Below the pieces are notes generated by a model. It was given only the letters and a program-made list of their open reading frames with translations, had not been told where the DNA came from and did not search any database. A program made the position numbers and the translations under genes. This document shows positions 51,798 to 64,000 of a stretch of 64,000 bases of DNA, one piece after another (position 1 is the first letter of the stretch; each line of letters begins with the position of its first letter). Source of the stretch: Lama guanicoe (Eukaryota); NCBI GenBank assembly GCA_013239625.1, contig MU054117.1, forward strand, positions 3,276,677 to 3,340,676. The letters are read 5' to 3'.

Positions 51798-54685
51798 GCT
51801 GTGTGTATACACAGACACGGGGAATGTCCTGGGGCCACACGGTAAAGTGCCCAGAGGGTTGCACTGAGCCCTCCCTCGGGCTGCCCTGCCAGCCCTGGTG
51901 CCCGGCGGACGGGAACTGGGAGGAGCTGGCGTTTTACCCCAGACCCTGCAGTTCTGTGCAGCCCCAGGCACCTGGCACAGGGGGCCCCGTCCAGCTGTGT
52001 CCTCCATCCACAGATCATCCAGGATCAGACTGGACAGAGGGCCCCCTCGAGTCCCCCAAAATGGCCAGACCAGTCTCCCTGGCTCCCTGGCGGGTGGCAG
52101 GAAGCCTTGATAGGAGGGACCCAGGCGGCTCTGAGAAAGCTGGTCTCTGTTGCTTGCTCTGGTTGCCAAAATAAACCGGAATGCTTCATTCCAAAGAGAA
52201 GGCTGAGTGAGAAGGCTGACAGTTTTACAGGGAATAAAAGTCTCCGAGGGTGGTATATTTTAAGGACTCTTTCCTTCCACTCAGAAGTGTTGCTAAAAAC
52301 AGACACCAGCCAGAGAGGCTGTTCTGGCTTTGGGGGACCATCTAAGGGGGCATCCATTGCCAAGGGTAAGTTTACAAGGGGGGACCGGCACTGTCCCCTC
52401 CCCAGCAGAATCGAGGTGCCTCTCCCATCTCCTCGGCATCCTGCTCGCTCTTGGCACCAGCGTTCATCTCACTGTTGGCTTGTCTGTGGACTCTGAACGA
52501 GACCCGGCTTTGACTCAGCCCTTTCTCCAGAGCCCCTGCCCCTGTCGCCGGGGGTTGTTGCTGACCAGAGAGTGAGAGGGAGGGAGGAGGAGGGAGGAAG
52601 GGGTGGAGGACAGAGGTGGGCAGGTGGATTTCAGGGGTGTTTTTAGTTCTCTGGTCCGCCCCGGTCTTTTGGAAAGCTAGCTACATCTTAACTTTAACGA
52701 TGTGCCAGGGTCCTCTGAACGTTATGTGGCTTTATCTTGGAGTGAGTCACTTCACTGTTCCATGACACAGTTTTCCTAAGTCACTAGTGCACAAGTTTGG
52801 TTGAGGCTCACGGGCCATTAGGATGTGACATCACTGGAAGACACGGAACAGAACAGGCATAGACCAGAGTCATCGGTCTGTGTTTATCCTTTTCTACCTT
52901 GGTTTCCCCAGAACTCTGTCGCGGGCTTACACGTTGCGCAGAGAGGATTCCAGGATACCCCTCCCCTAGGGTCATCCTGGCATATTATGGTCCTGGTTGT
53001 CAGTGAGCTATCAACAAACCGTCTGCAGAGCCGCAGAAGACTTGGTTTGGACAGCGTGTTGTTTGTAGGGTGCCCAGCTTCACTGGTTTCTCAGCCCTCA
53101 TAGCACACCCTGCCCTGAAGACCCTTGGGTCGCTGGGACCATCCTTTGTGGACTGGATGGGGCCTGTGGTCAGGGCCCTCCAGAGGAGTCTCTGGAAGGG
53201 AAGCAGGGGGTGGGGCAGCTGACGGAACAGACTTGGAGGCCGATGCCGCCCGCTCCTGCCTCGTTTTTCTGCGGGCCTCATTTGGTATTCAAGGAAATAA
53301 GCCAAGCGGGCCGGGAAGGAAGGAAGAATGAGACAGTTTCCTAAGTTGTCTCTGCCTGAGTTGGCCGCGGGTCTGGGGCTCATTCAGCCCTTTGTCCCCC
53401 TGTTGAGTGCAGTGCGTGTGTGGTGACAATGCCGTGATGCAGTGACACTGAGCGCTGATGGTAGGAGTTCCGCCGTCCATTCATGGAGGCCGAGGAGGGT
53501 GCAGGGCGCGGAGCCGGAGCCAGCAAGCAGAGGAAGTCGGGGCCGTGGAAGGAGTGGGGATCACAAACACGGCTGTCAGGGCTCCGGGGCGGGGGGCGGG
53601 CGAGGGGGGCACACGTCGTCACTGGGGCTGGAGGTTTGCCCGACCTCCAGTGCTGCGGAGTGCCACCTGTCCAGGCTGACAGACGAGCATTGTGGCTCCG
53701 CTTTTAATCAGCTTAATTTGGGGCATCGCGACACAATGGCTGGTGCTCTCGGAGGCCGCCCAGAAGCCAAGGAGCATCTTTCCGTGGGAGGCGCTGCCGG
53801 GGTCTCCTGGACCATGTGGTCCGTGTCCCTCTTTCTTGGAGATTCTCTGCTCTGCCTTTCCTTACAGCCCGGAAGCAGCAGAGGGATGTGGGGAAGAGGG
53901 TTCTGGAATTGGAGGCTCGCCCTTGGAAGGCCAGGGTTAGCTTTTAACTAGATGGAGCTGGGGGATGAGCCAGCATCAGTGGTCCAGCTGTGGAGTGAGG
54001 GCCTCCAGAAACCTGCTGGAGCCCCCGGCTGTCAGGTTCTGTAACGGTGGTCGAGTGTCGCCGTAGAATGCCGCCTCCCTGCCCTCCCGCTCTTCCCCAG
54101 CCTCGCCTCCTGTTCCCTTCAGGGTCTGCAGCTTGTCTCCCTTTTAGTTCCTTCTTGGGGCTTGGCCCCCTCCTCCATCCAGGTCATGCCCCCCCTCCCC
54201 CAGTCCCAGGCACCGTCCTGCCGGCCAGGGAGGTTGGGAGCCCCTCGAGCAAGGCCTGCTGCCCCGCCCCCTCCCTCTCCCCTCACTTCCCACCGGCTCC
54301 CACCCAGGGAAGGCGCACGCTCGCTGGGAGTGCAGTGCAGGCTGTGGGCTCTGTCTCAACGAAGGGGATGCTGATTTCCCTCATGATACGGTCACGGAAT
54401 AGGATGTTCAACGTCGCTGGTACCAGACAGGTCATTTTTCATCTAGCTGAGTGGTCCTCGCAGCTGAGACTCGGGCTGTTGGTAGCCAAGTCGTGCAGAA
54501 GTGGAACCAGAGGAGGGGTAGATGGAGACCCCAGAGCTTGCCAGGAACGGGGACACAGCCCGCCCCGAGAACATCAGCTTCCAGCTCTGTCACTGATGGG
54601 CCTCTGGGGTTCAGGGTGCCTCATTCCTGTGGGAGCCACTGCAGTCGTCCTTTTTAAGTAAGAGCTGTCAAACATGAAGAGCTGG

Positions 54686-54875
54686 AACGAGTCCATGCTG
54701 TGCAGCACGGGGGACTACACTCAATGTCTTGCGGTCACTTGTGATGAAAACGAGTCTATGTGTGTTCAGGTGTGACTGAAGCACTGTGCTGCCTGCACGC
54801 CAGAAATTGACACAACGCTGTTAAGTGACTCTACTTCAATAAAAAATAAATTACACAAACAAACAAACAAAAAAC
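54686..54875 (+). mobile_element. L1 3' terminus in intron 4 (sense to CCND2)
   Basis: ctgtgcagcacgggggactacactcaatgtcttg...ccagaaattgacacaac...ctacttcAATAAAaaataaa followed by a CAAA tail. Confidence 0.8.
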
Positions 54876-57148
54876 ATGGTCAGGAATGATTTTGATTGAA
54901 AGGAGGGTTGGTGTTTTCATATGAAATCTTCCTTCGTTCTATTCAGGAAAGCTTATCATGTGTTTGTGGCTGGAACTTATGTAAATGTGACATTTGGTGC
55001 CTGTGTTATCTTGAAGTCTCCTTGAAGGGACTGCCCAGTGTGCTGGCCCTCCTTGTAGGACTTTCTCCAAATTCTTCCTTTAGGGTCTCAGGCTGCTGGA
55101 AGGGAAGGCTGGATGCCAGCAACTGTAGGAACATTGGTGACCCAAAGAGAGACTCTCTGTGGCCCCAGATCAAGTTCTTCAGCTCTCTGGACCACCCTGT
55201 CTCCTCATTTGAAGGGCCACCTATCTCGGAAGCCGGTGTGGCTAACGCAGTGATGATCTAGGCATCCTGAGTCGGTCAAATTGTTGGGGTGGCAGGGGTG
55301 CTGACCCAGATGACCTCTCCATGGGGCCAAGATAGAGGATCCGAGGAAGGAGACTTGGATAGGATTGGCCGGGGGCTCCCCAGGGGATGGTCGGGAGGAG
55401 TTCTGAATGTCATCGTTTTTTGCCTTGTTACCCTTGTTAACATTCAGATTGGTTTTTTTAGATGGGAAGGTTTTCCGGGTCCCGGGTATCTTCCCGCGGA
55501 AATGCAGGTGTCCCGACAAGCATCATGCCTTTAGGTTTAACCGTGCAGCACCTTCGTGAGTGGTGAGGGGGGGACCAGAGACCAGCCACTGCAGGGGCCT
55601 TGGAGGAGGAGCAGGGGGTGGGTGGCGGGTAAGTCCCGTCAGCTTCCTCATCACCGGTCAGGGGCTCAGGCAGCTCAGAGGACGTGACCAGAAGAGGCCA
55701 CACGGAGACATGCTGGTGGGTCCTCGGCAGTCAGTCCCTGGCTCTTTGTCTGCTTGTTCAGGGTGGACGGAGAGCTCGGCGGCCGGGGTACTTCTGCCCT
55801 GCCGGACACTCCATCCCTGCTGCCTGATGCAGTGCCTGCCTCCCCTGTCCTGAGCCGACGCTCACTCGTACCTCGTTTCAAAGAAATCTCGGGGATTCTT
55901 GCAGATTCAGGACTGACTTCTCATGATTCTTAATACCTGGTGCGTTGAACCTAGCACTTTACCTAAATGGTCTTGGTTGGTCCTCATTTCCTTAGCTTTA
56001 TTTTACAGGTGGGGGAACCAAGGCCAGAGAAGGAAAATAACTTTGTTCCTGAGTAGTTCACCCCAACTTCATTTTAGACTTTTGGAAAATAAAGACAGCG
56101 CTTTTGTGTTTGGCAAACAGTGAGCTCTGGGCAGCGAAAAGTACACAGGGAAACAGACAAAAGGGAATCGTACACGAGACCTCGGAGACACCCCGGCAGA
56201 GTGGTGTCACGTGTTCTCCGTGTGGAGACGCTGCTTACGAGAGGGCAGAAGAGGGGCAGGAAAGCAGCCTTGCTGAGGAGAGAGGCTGGGAAATACCTAC
56301 TGTGTGAGCTACTTCTTTAGCTCACACCCCGCTTGCTGGCACCAACCGCAGCCCCTCCCTAGTGACACCCACGAATTGCTGCTGTGTCCCCTGGCACCCA
56401 GCTGACAGAAGCTTCTGCCTGGGGCCAACACACTCTGAATTTTCCCTACCAAATACAGACATATCAAAGCAGCGCTGCAAATTCTTGCTTATTCCCCAAA
56501 TTAGACGGCTCTGCTGTCCAGAATTTTGTAAATGTCCTGTGCTGTATTTTTACGAGCATTAAGGGAATGGTAAACAAGCAGAAAAACAGATCTGCCGGTT
56601 TTTAAGCACTTCTGCAGGGGATGTGGGGGTCAGTACAGGTCAGTCCATTCTCTTGTCTGTCCCTCAGGTGCCATGTGGGGGGCGTCTCGTGTAGTCTCAC
56701 TGTCTGGGGGCTGGCTGTTCCATTTTCCCCAGCACCTCCCAGCGTCCCAAGCAGGAAGCATCTCGCTGGCCCTTTGATGACCAGGCACTGCGTGGTGGAA
56801 CGTGGCTTCGCATCTCTGCTGGTGCCGGCCAGATTCTCCTATGCTTACGGTTCCCCTGGGCTTCTGTGGGTTTCTGCTACCATTGCAGATTCCGGCTAGA
56901 TTGGTCTGGAGAGGGCCAAGGCTCTGCACCTCCAACACGCTCCCAGAGGTGCTGATGCTGCTGCTCCGTGCCCCCCCCCATTGGAGTGGTGAGGCTGCAC
57001 GGTGCCTAGAGGACGCACCTTCTGTAACTGTCTAAATTCCTACCAGAAAGCATGCGTGGACTTGGGCGAGGCTGGACTCGCGTGTGTAAGATGCTCTGTC
57101 TCCCGCTGACCCTGCTGATGGCTCTGGTCTGCACCGTTCTCCTTCTAG

Positions 57149-57298
<150 letters not shown>

Positions 57299-60200
57299 GG
57301 ATGTCGGGCGGGCCGATCGGTGGAGAGACATTTTCAATCTGTACTCTCCGTCTCTCCGGTTGTGTTTTGTTCTCTTATGTTTTAGGATGAAACCTTAAAA
57401 AAAAAATTCTGCCCCCCTACCTAGATCATATTGAAAGATCTTTTAGAAGTGAGAGATAAAGGTCCTATAAAAACGGAATAATTAAAAGCATCTGGTGCCT
57501 ATTTGAAGTACAACAGAAGGGAATCCCTTATCTATGCGAACAGTTATTGTTTGATTATGTTAAAAGTAATAGTAAGATGCTTACAGGAAAACCTGCAAAG
57601 TAGCTAGAGAAAAAAATGTACGCCTGCAATATGGGAACAAATTAGAGGAGGCTTTTTTTTTCCTTCATGTTATGAACTAGCATGTATACACCCTTTGTAG
57701 GATAATTTGGAGGATCTGCGGATGCCACTTGTGGCATGATTAGAGTGCAAAGCAATGAACTCGAGAAGGAATTAGAAATAAGGAGGGACGTGGTGGGGAG
57801 GGAGTTACCAAATAGTCTAAACGCGATCGAACCATTTTGGATGGAGAAGCGCCCTTGCCCCGACTGCCTGTTTGTAACCAAGTCAAGAGCGTTGCTAGGT
57901 CTCTAGCTAGAACGTTTGCTGTCAACAGTAGCTGCTACCTAACAGATGTGCTGTTTTGCCCGGTGGACGCAGGTCATTGCATCCTGGGTTTTGTGTTTTC
58001 GGACATCTTGCTGCTTCTTCCAAACATGGTTCGTTACGGACACCACCCGATTTTTATCTAAAGGGGCAATCTAGCTATGGGCCACCCCCCACGCACCCCC
58101 CTCCAAAAACAAAAAAACAAAAAAACTCCTATGAAATGGAGGCAGACAGAGCCCGAGGGTGGGATCTGGAATGGAACCTTTTTCTCCTGACGTGTTAAAA
58201 GAGAGTCATGTGACCTTGGCATCCCTCATTCGGAAACAGACGAATTTTTGGTGCTGATTGGCATGTCTGGTCCACAGGCGAGCGTTGTTATAAACCATTC
58301 CATTCGAAAAGCACTTTGAAAAATTGTTCCCAAGGGATAGATGGGATGGTTTATGCAAATCATGCAGAGTAGCTGCCTCCCTTCTTCTCCTGTCCCCCCC
58401 TCCCCCCGTTGGGTTACTGTTCTCATCCTGTATCTCACATCCTCTCGTATCCCCACTGGGACTCAGGACACATCCCTTTCCGCTGAAATTCCCATCACAA
58501 CACTCCTTCGGAAAAAGCCTAAAAACACAGATCTGTTACCATTTCAATGGCACAGAGCGATCTTCTTCCCCACCTCTGTACTTCTCCTTTGGACACAGAA
58601 AGAAACTTTACTGCTGGTGCAAAGGTCATCAGAGTGGCATTTTGTTCCCGGTTCTGTTTTTTTTGTTGTTGATTTCATTGCAAAGTTGCATTCAGCGTAC
58701 TTGAATTTCTTTTGTTTCCTCTCCACGTCTTAGAGGCATTCAGTTCGCAGAGAGGTTGGAGCACCAACTTTTTTTTTTTTTTTGCACAATTATAATTGAC
58801 AGGTAATGAAGCTATTAAAATATTTGCCTTTTTTAAGTAAAAAAAAATCAGAACAGGGCTACTTTGAAGAATTATTTTATACACAGAGTCTGCCTTGTTT
58901 CGTAGTATGAGGGTTTAAGATGGAGAAAAATCTAAGGGTCTCTTATTTTTCATTTTATTATGTTCAGTTTTTTATTATTTTTTTTTTTTGCGCTGCTAAG
59001 AAGCTAAGAACATTCATGGTCACTCACGTTAACAGTGCGTAGCTGTCATGTCTCACCGTGTGCTGCTATCTTATAAACGTGTTTATAATATATTATTTTA
59101 CTGCTTAAATTCCAAGTCCTGAAGTAGATGGTTGAGATAGGAGTTCTTCGTACTGGAAAAGCCCTTCCATACAGAGTTTGTTTTCTTCTGGTAACATATT
59201 CATGGGTTTTTTTTTTTTTCCTCTCTGATCACATCCTTCAAAGACAGAGTATCTTTACCTCAGGTTTACTGGACAAAAATCAATAGCTACAAAAGAAAAT
59301 GGTTCACATTTTTGTTCTCATAATACCTCACAACCGTACAGTTTCCGCTTGGGAGCCCGTTCATTGGCAAGGGGAAGGCAGAGTGGGGAGGAGGCCGCAG
59401 CCCCCTCCCAGGCGGAAGGTGGGGAATTTGGCCCCAGGGTCTCAGGCCCAGGGACCTCTTCAGTCATGAAGGTCATCGGGCTCCCATTTTGACTCCGGTA
59501 TCCTCATCATGATGGAAAAAATGCAATTGAACCAAGGGGCTTCCCCTCCCCGGCAAGGCTGGCACTCAGCACAGAGGTTGAGGCAGTGGGCAGGAAGTCA
59601 CGGTCTGCACTGGGGTAGCAGGGACCCGGAGACCCGCTAAAGAATTCCGGCAGTCTCTTGGGAGAGCCTCTCCTTGCAGCCCTTTCTAACGCAGGGCTCT
59701 CATCTGCTCCGGGTCCCTTTGTCTGGAAGCCTTCCCCTCTCTCTGGCCCCTTCCCAGACATGGGCAGCCCCCGCCACCCCCCCCCCAGTTCAGGGTGCTC
59801 TCGGAACCTGCAGCAGGCCGGGGGCTGGGGCTGGCCAGCGCTAGGCAAGGCCGGGTCCTCCGCGAAGTGGTTACAGAATGGTTTTCTGGTTTTAAATCGC
59901 GTGTTGAGAAACGGGTCTGATGAGTAGAGGATTGCCAGTGGAAGGGAGGTGGGGAGCTGCATCTCTCCTGAGACGCAAGTCCGGATGAGTCGGCCTCACT
60001 CGCAGTGTGTCGGATGGGGCCAGGACTCAGCAGGTTCCTCGACCCCTAACGTCCTAGGGCTTTCTGGTGGGCCAGTGGGTGGTGAATTCTGAGGTTTGGG
60101 AGAGGAAGGCTGAGCAGCCCGTGTTTGACCGAGAGCCCCACTTGGCATGGACCGCTCTTCTGGGCCCGGAGGGGCGCCACAGGATGGAGGGAGGCCCAGG

Positions 60201-62440
60201 CCCAAGAGTTCTCGGGAGTCTCGGAGCCTAAAGAGACGGCCAGGTACAGATTCCTTTCCCCATGACCAGCCCTTAAGCTCAGACAGGCAGCGAATGAGAG
60301 AACCTGACAAACAAGGATGGGAACAGGCCGGCAGGCTCTCCCCCAGTCTGTAACTTTCCACTTTTCCTGGAGCTCCAGGGCCACTGGGGCCTTCTGACTT
60401 TTTCTCCTTCCCACCCTCGGGGCCTGGTGGGGTGGGAGGGGCGGGTTTGCTGACGGGGACAGTACCAGGTAGTTTGGCCCTTCTGCCTGCTCCCTCCTGA
60501 CACGGAAGTCAGCCTGGGTTTGTTGATTGCCTGATAGCCTCTCGTCGGATCTTGGTTTCCTTGTAGGAGTTTCCGTCCCAGAGGAGTCCGGTTCTCCCCG
60601 TGGACTCTGTTCCTCTTCCTCTCCTCCCACAGGAGGGGTTCCAAACGTGTTCTGGCCTGTTTCTGCCTTGTTGTCCTTCTATCTCTGCTTCTTCCCTTTG
60701 GTTTTTTGTTTGTTTGTTTTTCTCCATCAGTGGGGGCTGAGTTGTTGCCCTAGCCTGCCAAATTTTGTTCCTTCCCCTATTTTGGCCAAACCTTAGGGGG
60801 AAACAGCCTTGTATGCCAAAAATAATATGCTAAGCAGACTTCAGTTCCACATGGGCTCATGACGGCCTAGAAGCCTGCAGGTGGAAGCAGGGGACAGGTG
60901 CCCTGGCAGAATGTCCCCCTGTGCTGAGAGGAGGGGCCTCTCTCCGAGGAGGCTGTACTCTGGAACTGACCCCACCCCACTGAGCAGCCCAGCCCGTCCC
61001 ACAGCCCGGTCCCCGTGGGTCTGCCTGCTCCGTGCAGAGACTCTGCCCTGCCTCCCTCGTCGCCCAAGTCCGGCACACGTGGCTGGGGATGGGGAGGCAA
61101 CCCTTCCCTTTGAAGGGGCTGCAGCCCGGCCCCTTCAGGGGTGACCACGCAGCCCCGGAAGCCCGGACAGCAGCAGGATGGAGATGACTTCCTCAGAGAA
61201 GGCAGGGAGATTTTCTCTCCATGGGCCGCAGGGGCTAGGGCTGGGAGGAGAATGAGACTTGCACCTTATAGCATGTAAATAATGATTTTCTAGTTTAAGA
61301 AGAGAGTATTGGTAGAGTGGGCCTGGGGGTTGGAACGGGGAGGAAGTCTGGGTAAGCCAGCCGACTTCCAAGCCCAAAGGACTCCTCTTCGCGTATGTTT
61401 GAGACAGTCCGACCCTGAGAATAGCTTTAAAAGGGAAATCAGTGCTGAGACGGTCAAGTCCCCTGAAGCCAGCAGACGGGAGCTCTGTCTCCGTGGCGGC
61501 CAGGCTGGCCGCTGTGGGCGGGGCCGCCCGCTCCGCTGTCCACCGGTACCGAACAGGGCAGACGGGTGCGGGGGGTGTTGCCGGCATCCCCTTCCCACGC
61601 GGCCTCACTTGATTCTGGATTCGGAACAGCCCGGAACAGCCCCCTCAGCCAGAACGACCCTTCTCCTCTGTGTGTCTCTGCTTGTAGACTTGGCTTGGGC
61701 TGTCAGACCCGACCCTTGGCTCAGGTTTCGAAAAGCCATCGGCAGCATGTCCACTACGCTCACCGGGCTGGAGCTGCGGCATTTATTCCTTTGCCTGCAG
61801 CCTGCTTTGGGGAAAAAAAGTGCCTTACTGACTGTAGCCATTAGAGTAGAGCCAGTGTATTTTGACAGGTGCCTCTCCTTTAAAAAAAAAAAGTTTTCCT
61901 TTTTTATTTTCAGTTGGTTTTATTTCTGATTGCTGGCCAACTCTTAAATCCCCAGCAAATCACCGGGCCATTGGATTTTTTCCATTATGTTCATTACCTT
62001 TGTACCACGTACCTCAGATCTCTCTCTCGCTCTCTCCCTCCCAGTTACAGTTTCTCGTCTTGGACTTCTTTTATTATTATTATAATTTTTTTTTTTTGCT
62101 TTAAAACAAGTGTGATGCCGTATCAAGTCAATGTTATTCTCTCACAATGTACTCTTTAAGAGGTGTGGGTGTGTATTTGGGGTGCTAGCAAGTGCTGAAG
62201 TGATGTGATCGGTGTAAATGGAAGGTTTTTAGGAAGTATGGGAAAACAGTGTTGTGTCGGCTGTGATGGTGACATGATATGTAGTCAGCTGCCTTTTAAG
62301 AGGTCCTGTCTGTTCAGTGTTAAGTGATTTTTAAAAATAATAACCTGTTTTTCTGACTAGTTTAAAGATGGATTTGAAAATGGTTTTGGATGCAATTAGG
62401 TTGTGCTATTTGGACAATAAACTCACCTTGACCTGAAAAG
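57299..62440 (+). other. CCND2: CCND2 long 3' UTR (~5.1 kb)
   Basis: Follows the stop codon and has U/AU-rich blocks with many miRNA seed matches. Terminal AATAAA at 62416-62421. A long 3' UTR is established for mammalian CCND2. The exact cleavage site is estimated. Confidence 0.85.
62416..62421 (+). terminator. CCND2: Distal polyadenylation signal AATAAA of CCND2
   Basis: ggacAATAAActcacc at the end of the last AT-rich UTR block. A U/GU-rich stretch (gttttgacttattt) lies ~30 nt downstream. Confidence 0.85.
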
Positions 62441-64000
62441 TCCTCTGGCCGTTTTGACTTATTTCTAGACCAGCCGTCCTCAGAACGGAACACAGCTTTC
62501 TCACGTTGGAACTGTTGGCAGCAGTGGGAGTCGGGGGACACAGGAGCCCTCACCTGGAGGGCCATCCACGTGTGCGGCTGCGCGGCCGCAGCACAAGCCA
62601 GCGGTGCCGTAGTTCTTACTTGTGGGTCCTCCGGCAACCACCTTACAAATGCGAAGCCGCAGCCCACCTTCAGAAGGTGGGTCAGTCACTGCCACGGGGA
62701 CCTGGCATAAGATGCTAGTCCCCTGATCACTGCCAGCTAGTCCCCCTTGGGTGTGAGCATCTCCTGGTTTCCCAGAAGCCCTCAATGCCACCTCCAGATT
62801 TGGGGTTGGGGGTTCTCTAGAGAGTCTCCCCCCAAAGCTTTGCCGGGTGCCGGCGGCAGTCGGTGGCTTGAGCCTGGTTCCTGATTGTTCCTGCATCCCT
62901 CCCGGGAGGGCTGGGCCACGGCTGCCTAGGCGGCGGGTGGGGAGGCAGAGCGGGCAGAGGGGTGGGCAAGTCCAGCAAACTGCCAGGCCCCGGTCCAGGC
63001 TGCTCCCAGACCTGACAGCTCAGCCCAGCGTCTTTCCCGGGAGCGATGGGTAACGCAGAGGGCCGTAACAGCCCTTTTGACGTTACCATAGACATTGGTT
63101 TTCTCTCTGGTTCCCTGCCTCTTTCAGTCACTGAAGGCTGCTTTCCAGTTTACTTCTGACCTGAGTTGTAGGCAGTAAGATTAATACTGGGCATTGTGGG
63201 AAAGTCCAGATTAAGACAGTCCTTGTTCCTCCCAAGTAACTCTACTTCATGGGATGTTTAATCTCACAAGGACTCTCAAAATTCCCCTTTGTCTCCAGCC
63301 CCCCACGGATTTCCACTCTTCTTGGAGAAAAGCAGGCGAACTTTCCTCTTGGGTTTCTGCCTGGTGGAGTCTGCGGGGCCTCTTGGGAGTTTCCAGGGCC
63401 CCTGGCTGCCGCTCTTAACCATCCTCGGAATCCTCTTCTGCACGACCTGCTGTCCAGCCAGGTCCCTCCCCCATCTGTGTGCCCTGCAGTATCGATGTCG
63501 TATCTGTTAATAAGCTACAACACTGCTTCTTCCAAAGCCACCCAGCAACGCTGGCTTCTCCCGTGCAGAGCTCTGCTGTTTGAGGTGGGGAGGAGGCAGG
63601 AAAGGCAAGTGCTCCACTGCCGGAGCAGCCGGCTCAGGATGAACCCAGGGCCCCTTCCCATGCACTCTCGGACCCATTTCATCCCAGAGCTGGAAGATCT
63701 CAAACCTGAGACAGCAGTGCCCTCTCTACGAGTGGAGCTTAGTGATGAAGGGAAGACTTTGGAATCCCAGGTCTTCTGTTGGTGCTCCAGTGAGCACTTG
63801 TCTATTGCTGATGACTTTCCAGGGATCTGGGACTTGAAGTCAGTGCACAGAGTTTGCACCAAAATGAAACATTCCGGTGGACTTTCTCCCCGTGCCGGAT
63901 TCAGGGCTGAATGTCGCACCAGGGCATCTCTGCCCCGTTCTCTGTCGCAGGTGCTGGTGACCGTGGGTGTGGAGGTACGCATGTCACGAAGTGCTGACAG

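Noticed and set aside
62441..64000. Possible start of a downstream gene
   Set aside because: No CpG island, recognisable exon or protein similarity in the remaining 1.5 kb.

Overview
Mammalian genomic DNA containing one complete protein-coding gene, cyclin D2 (CCND2), on the + strand. It has five coding exons (35447-35641, 37331-37546, 40062-40221, 48593-48741, 57149-57298; 870 nt, 289 aa) with GT-AG introns. A ~5.1 kb 3' UTR ends near AATAAA 62416, and a CpG-island promoter carries E-box, STAT, CRE and octamer motifs. The first ~27 kb shows no recognisable host gene and is rich in MIR, L2, L1 and LTR remnants. Several tRNA-derived SINEs resemble the camelid Vic-1 family, so the source is probably a camelid (inference). 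Apart from CCND2 exons and one decayed L1 ORF1 fragment, the ORF-track entries look like chance ORFs in GC-rich DNA. A 56-N gap with duplicated flanks lies in the promoter and is probably an assembly artefact. I found no evidence for a wholly new gene system. The best leads are regulatory: a candidate 20-nt poison micro-exon in intron 1, a duplicated palindrome just upstream of it, truncating read-through/intronic-polyA isoforms, CTCF and TALE motifs, and a possible antisense transcript 3' end upstream. Repeat subfamily names and boundaries are by eye and approximate.
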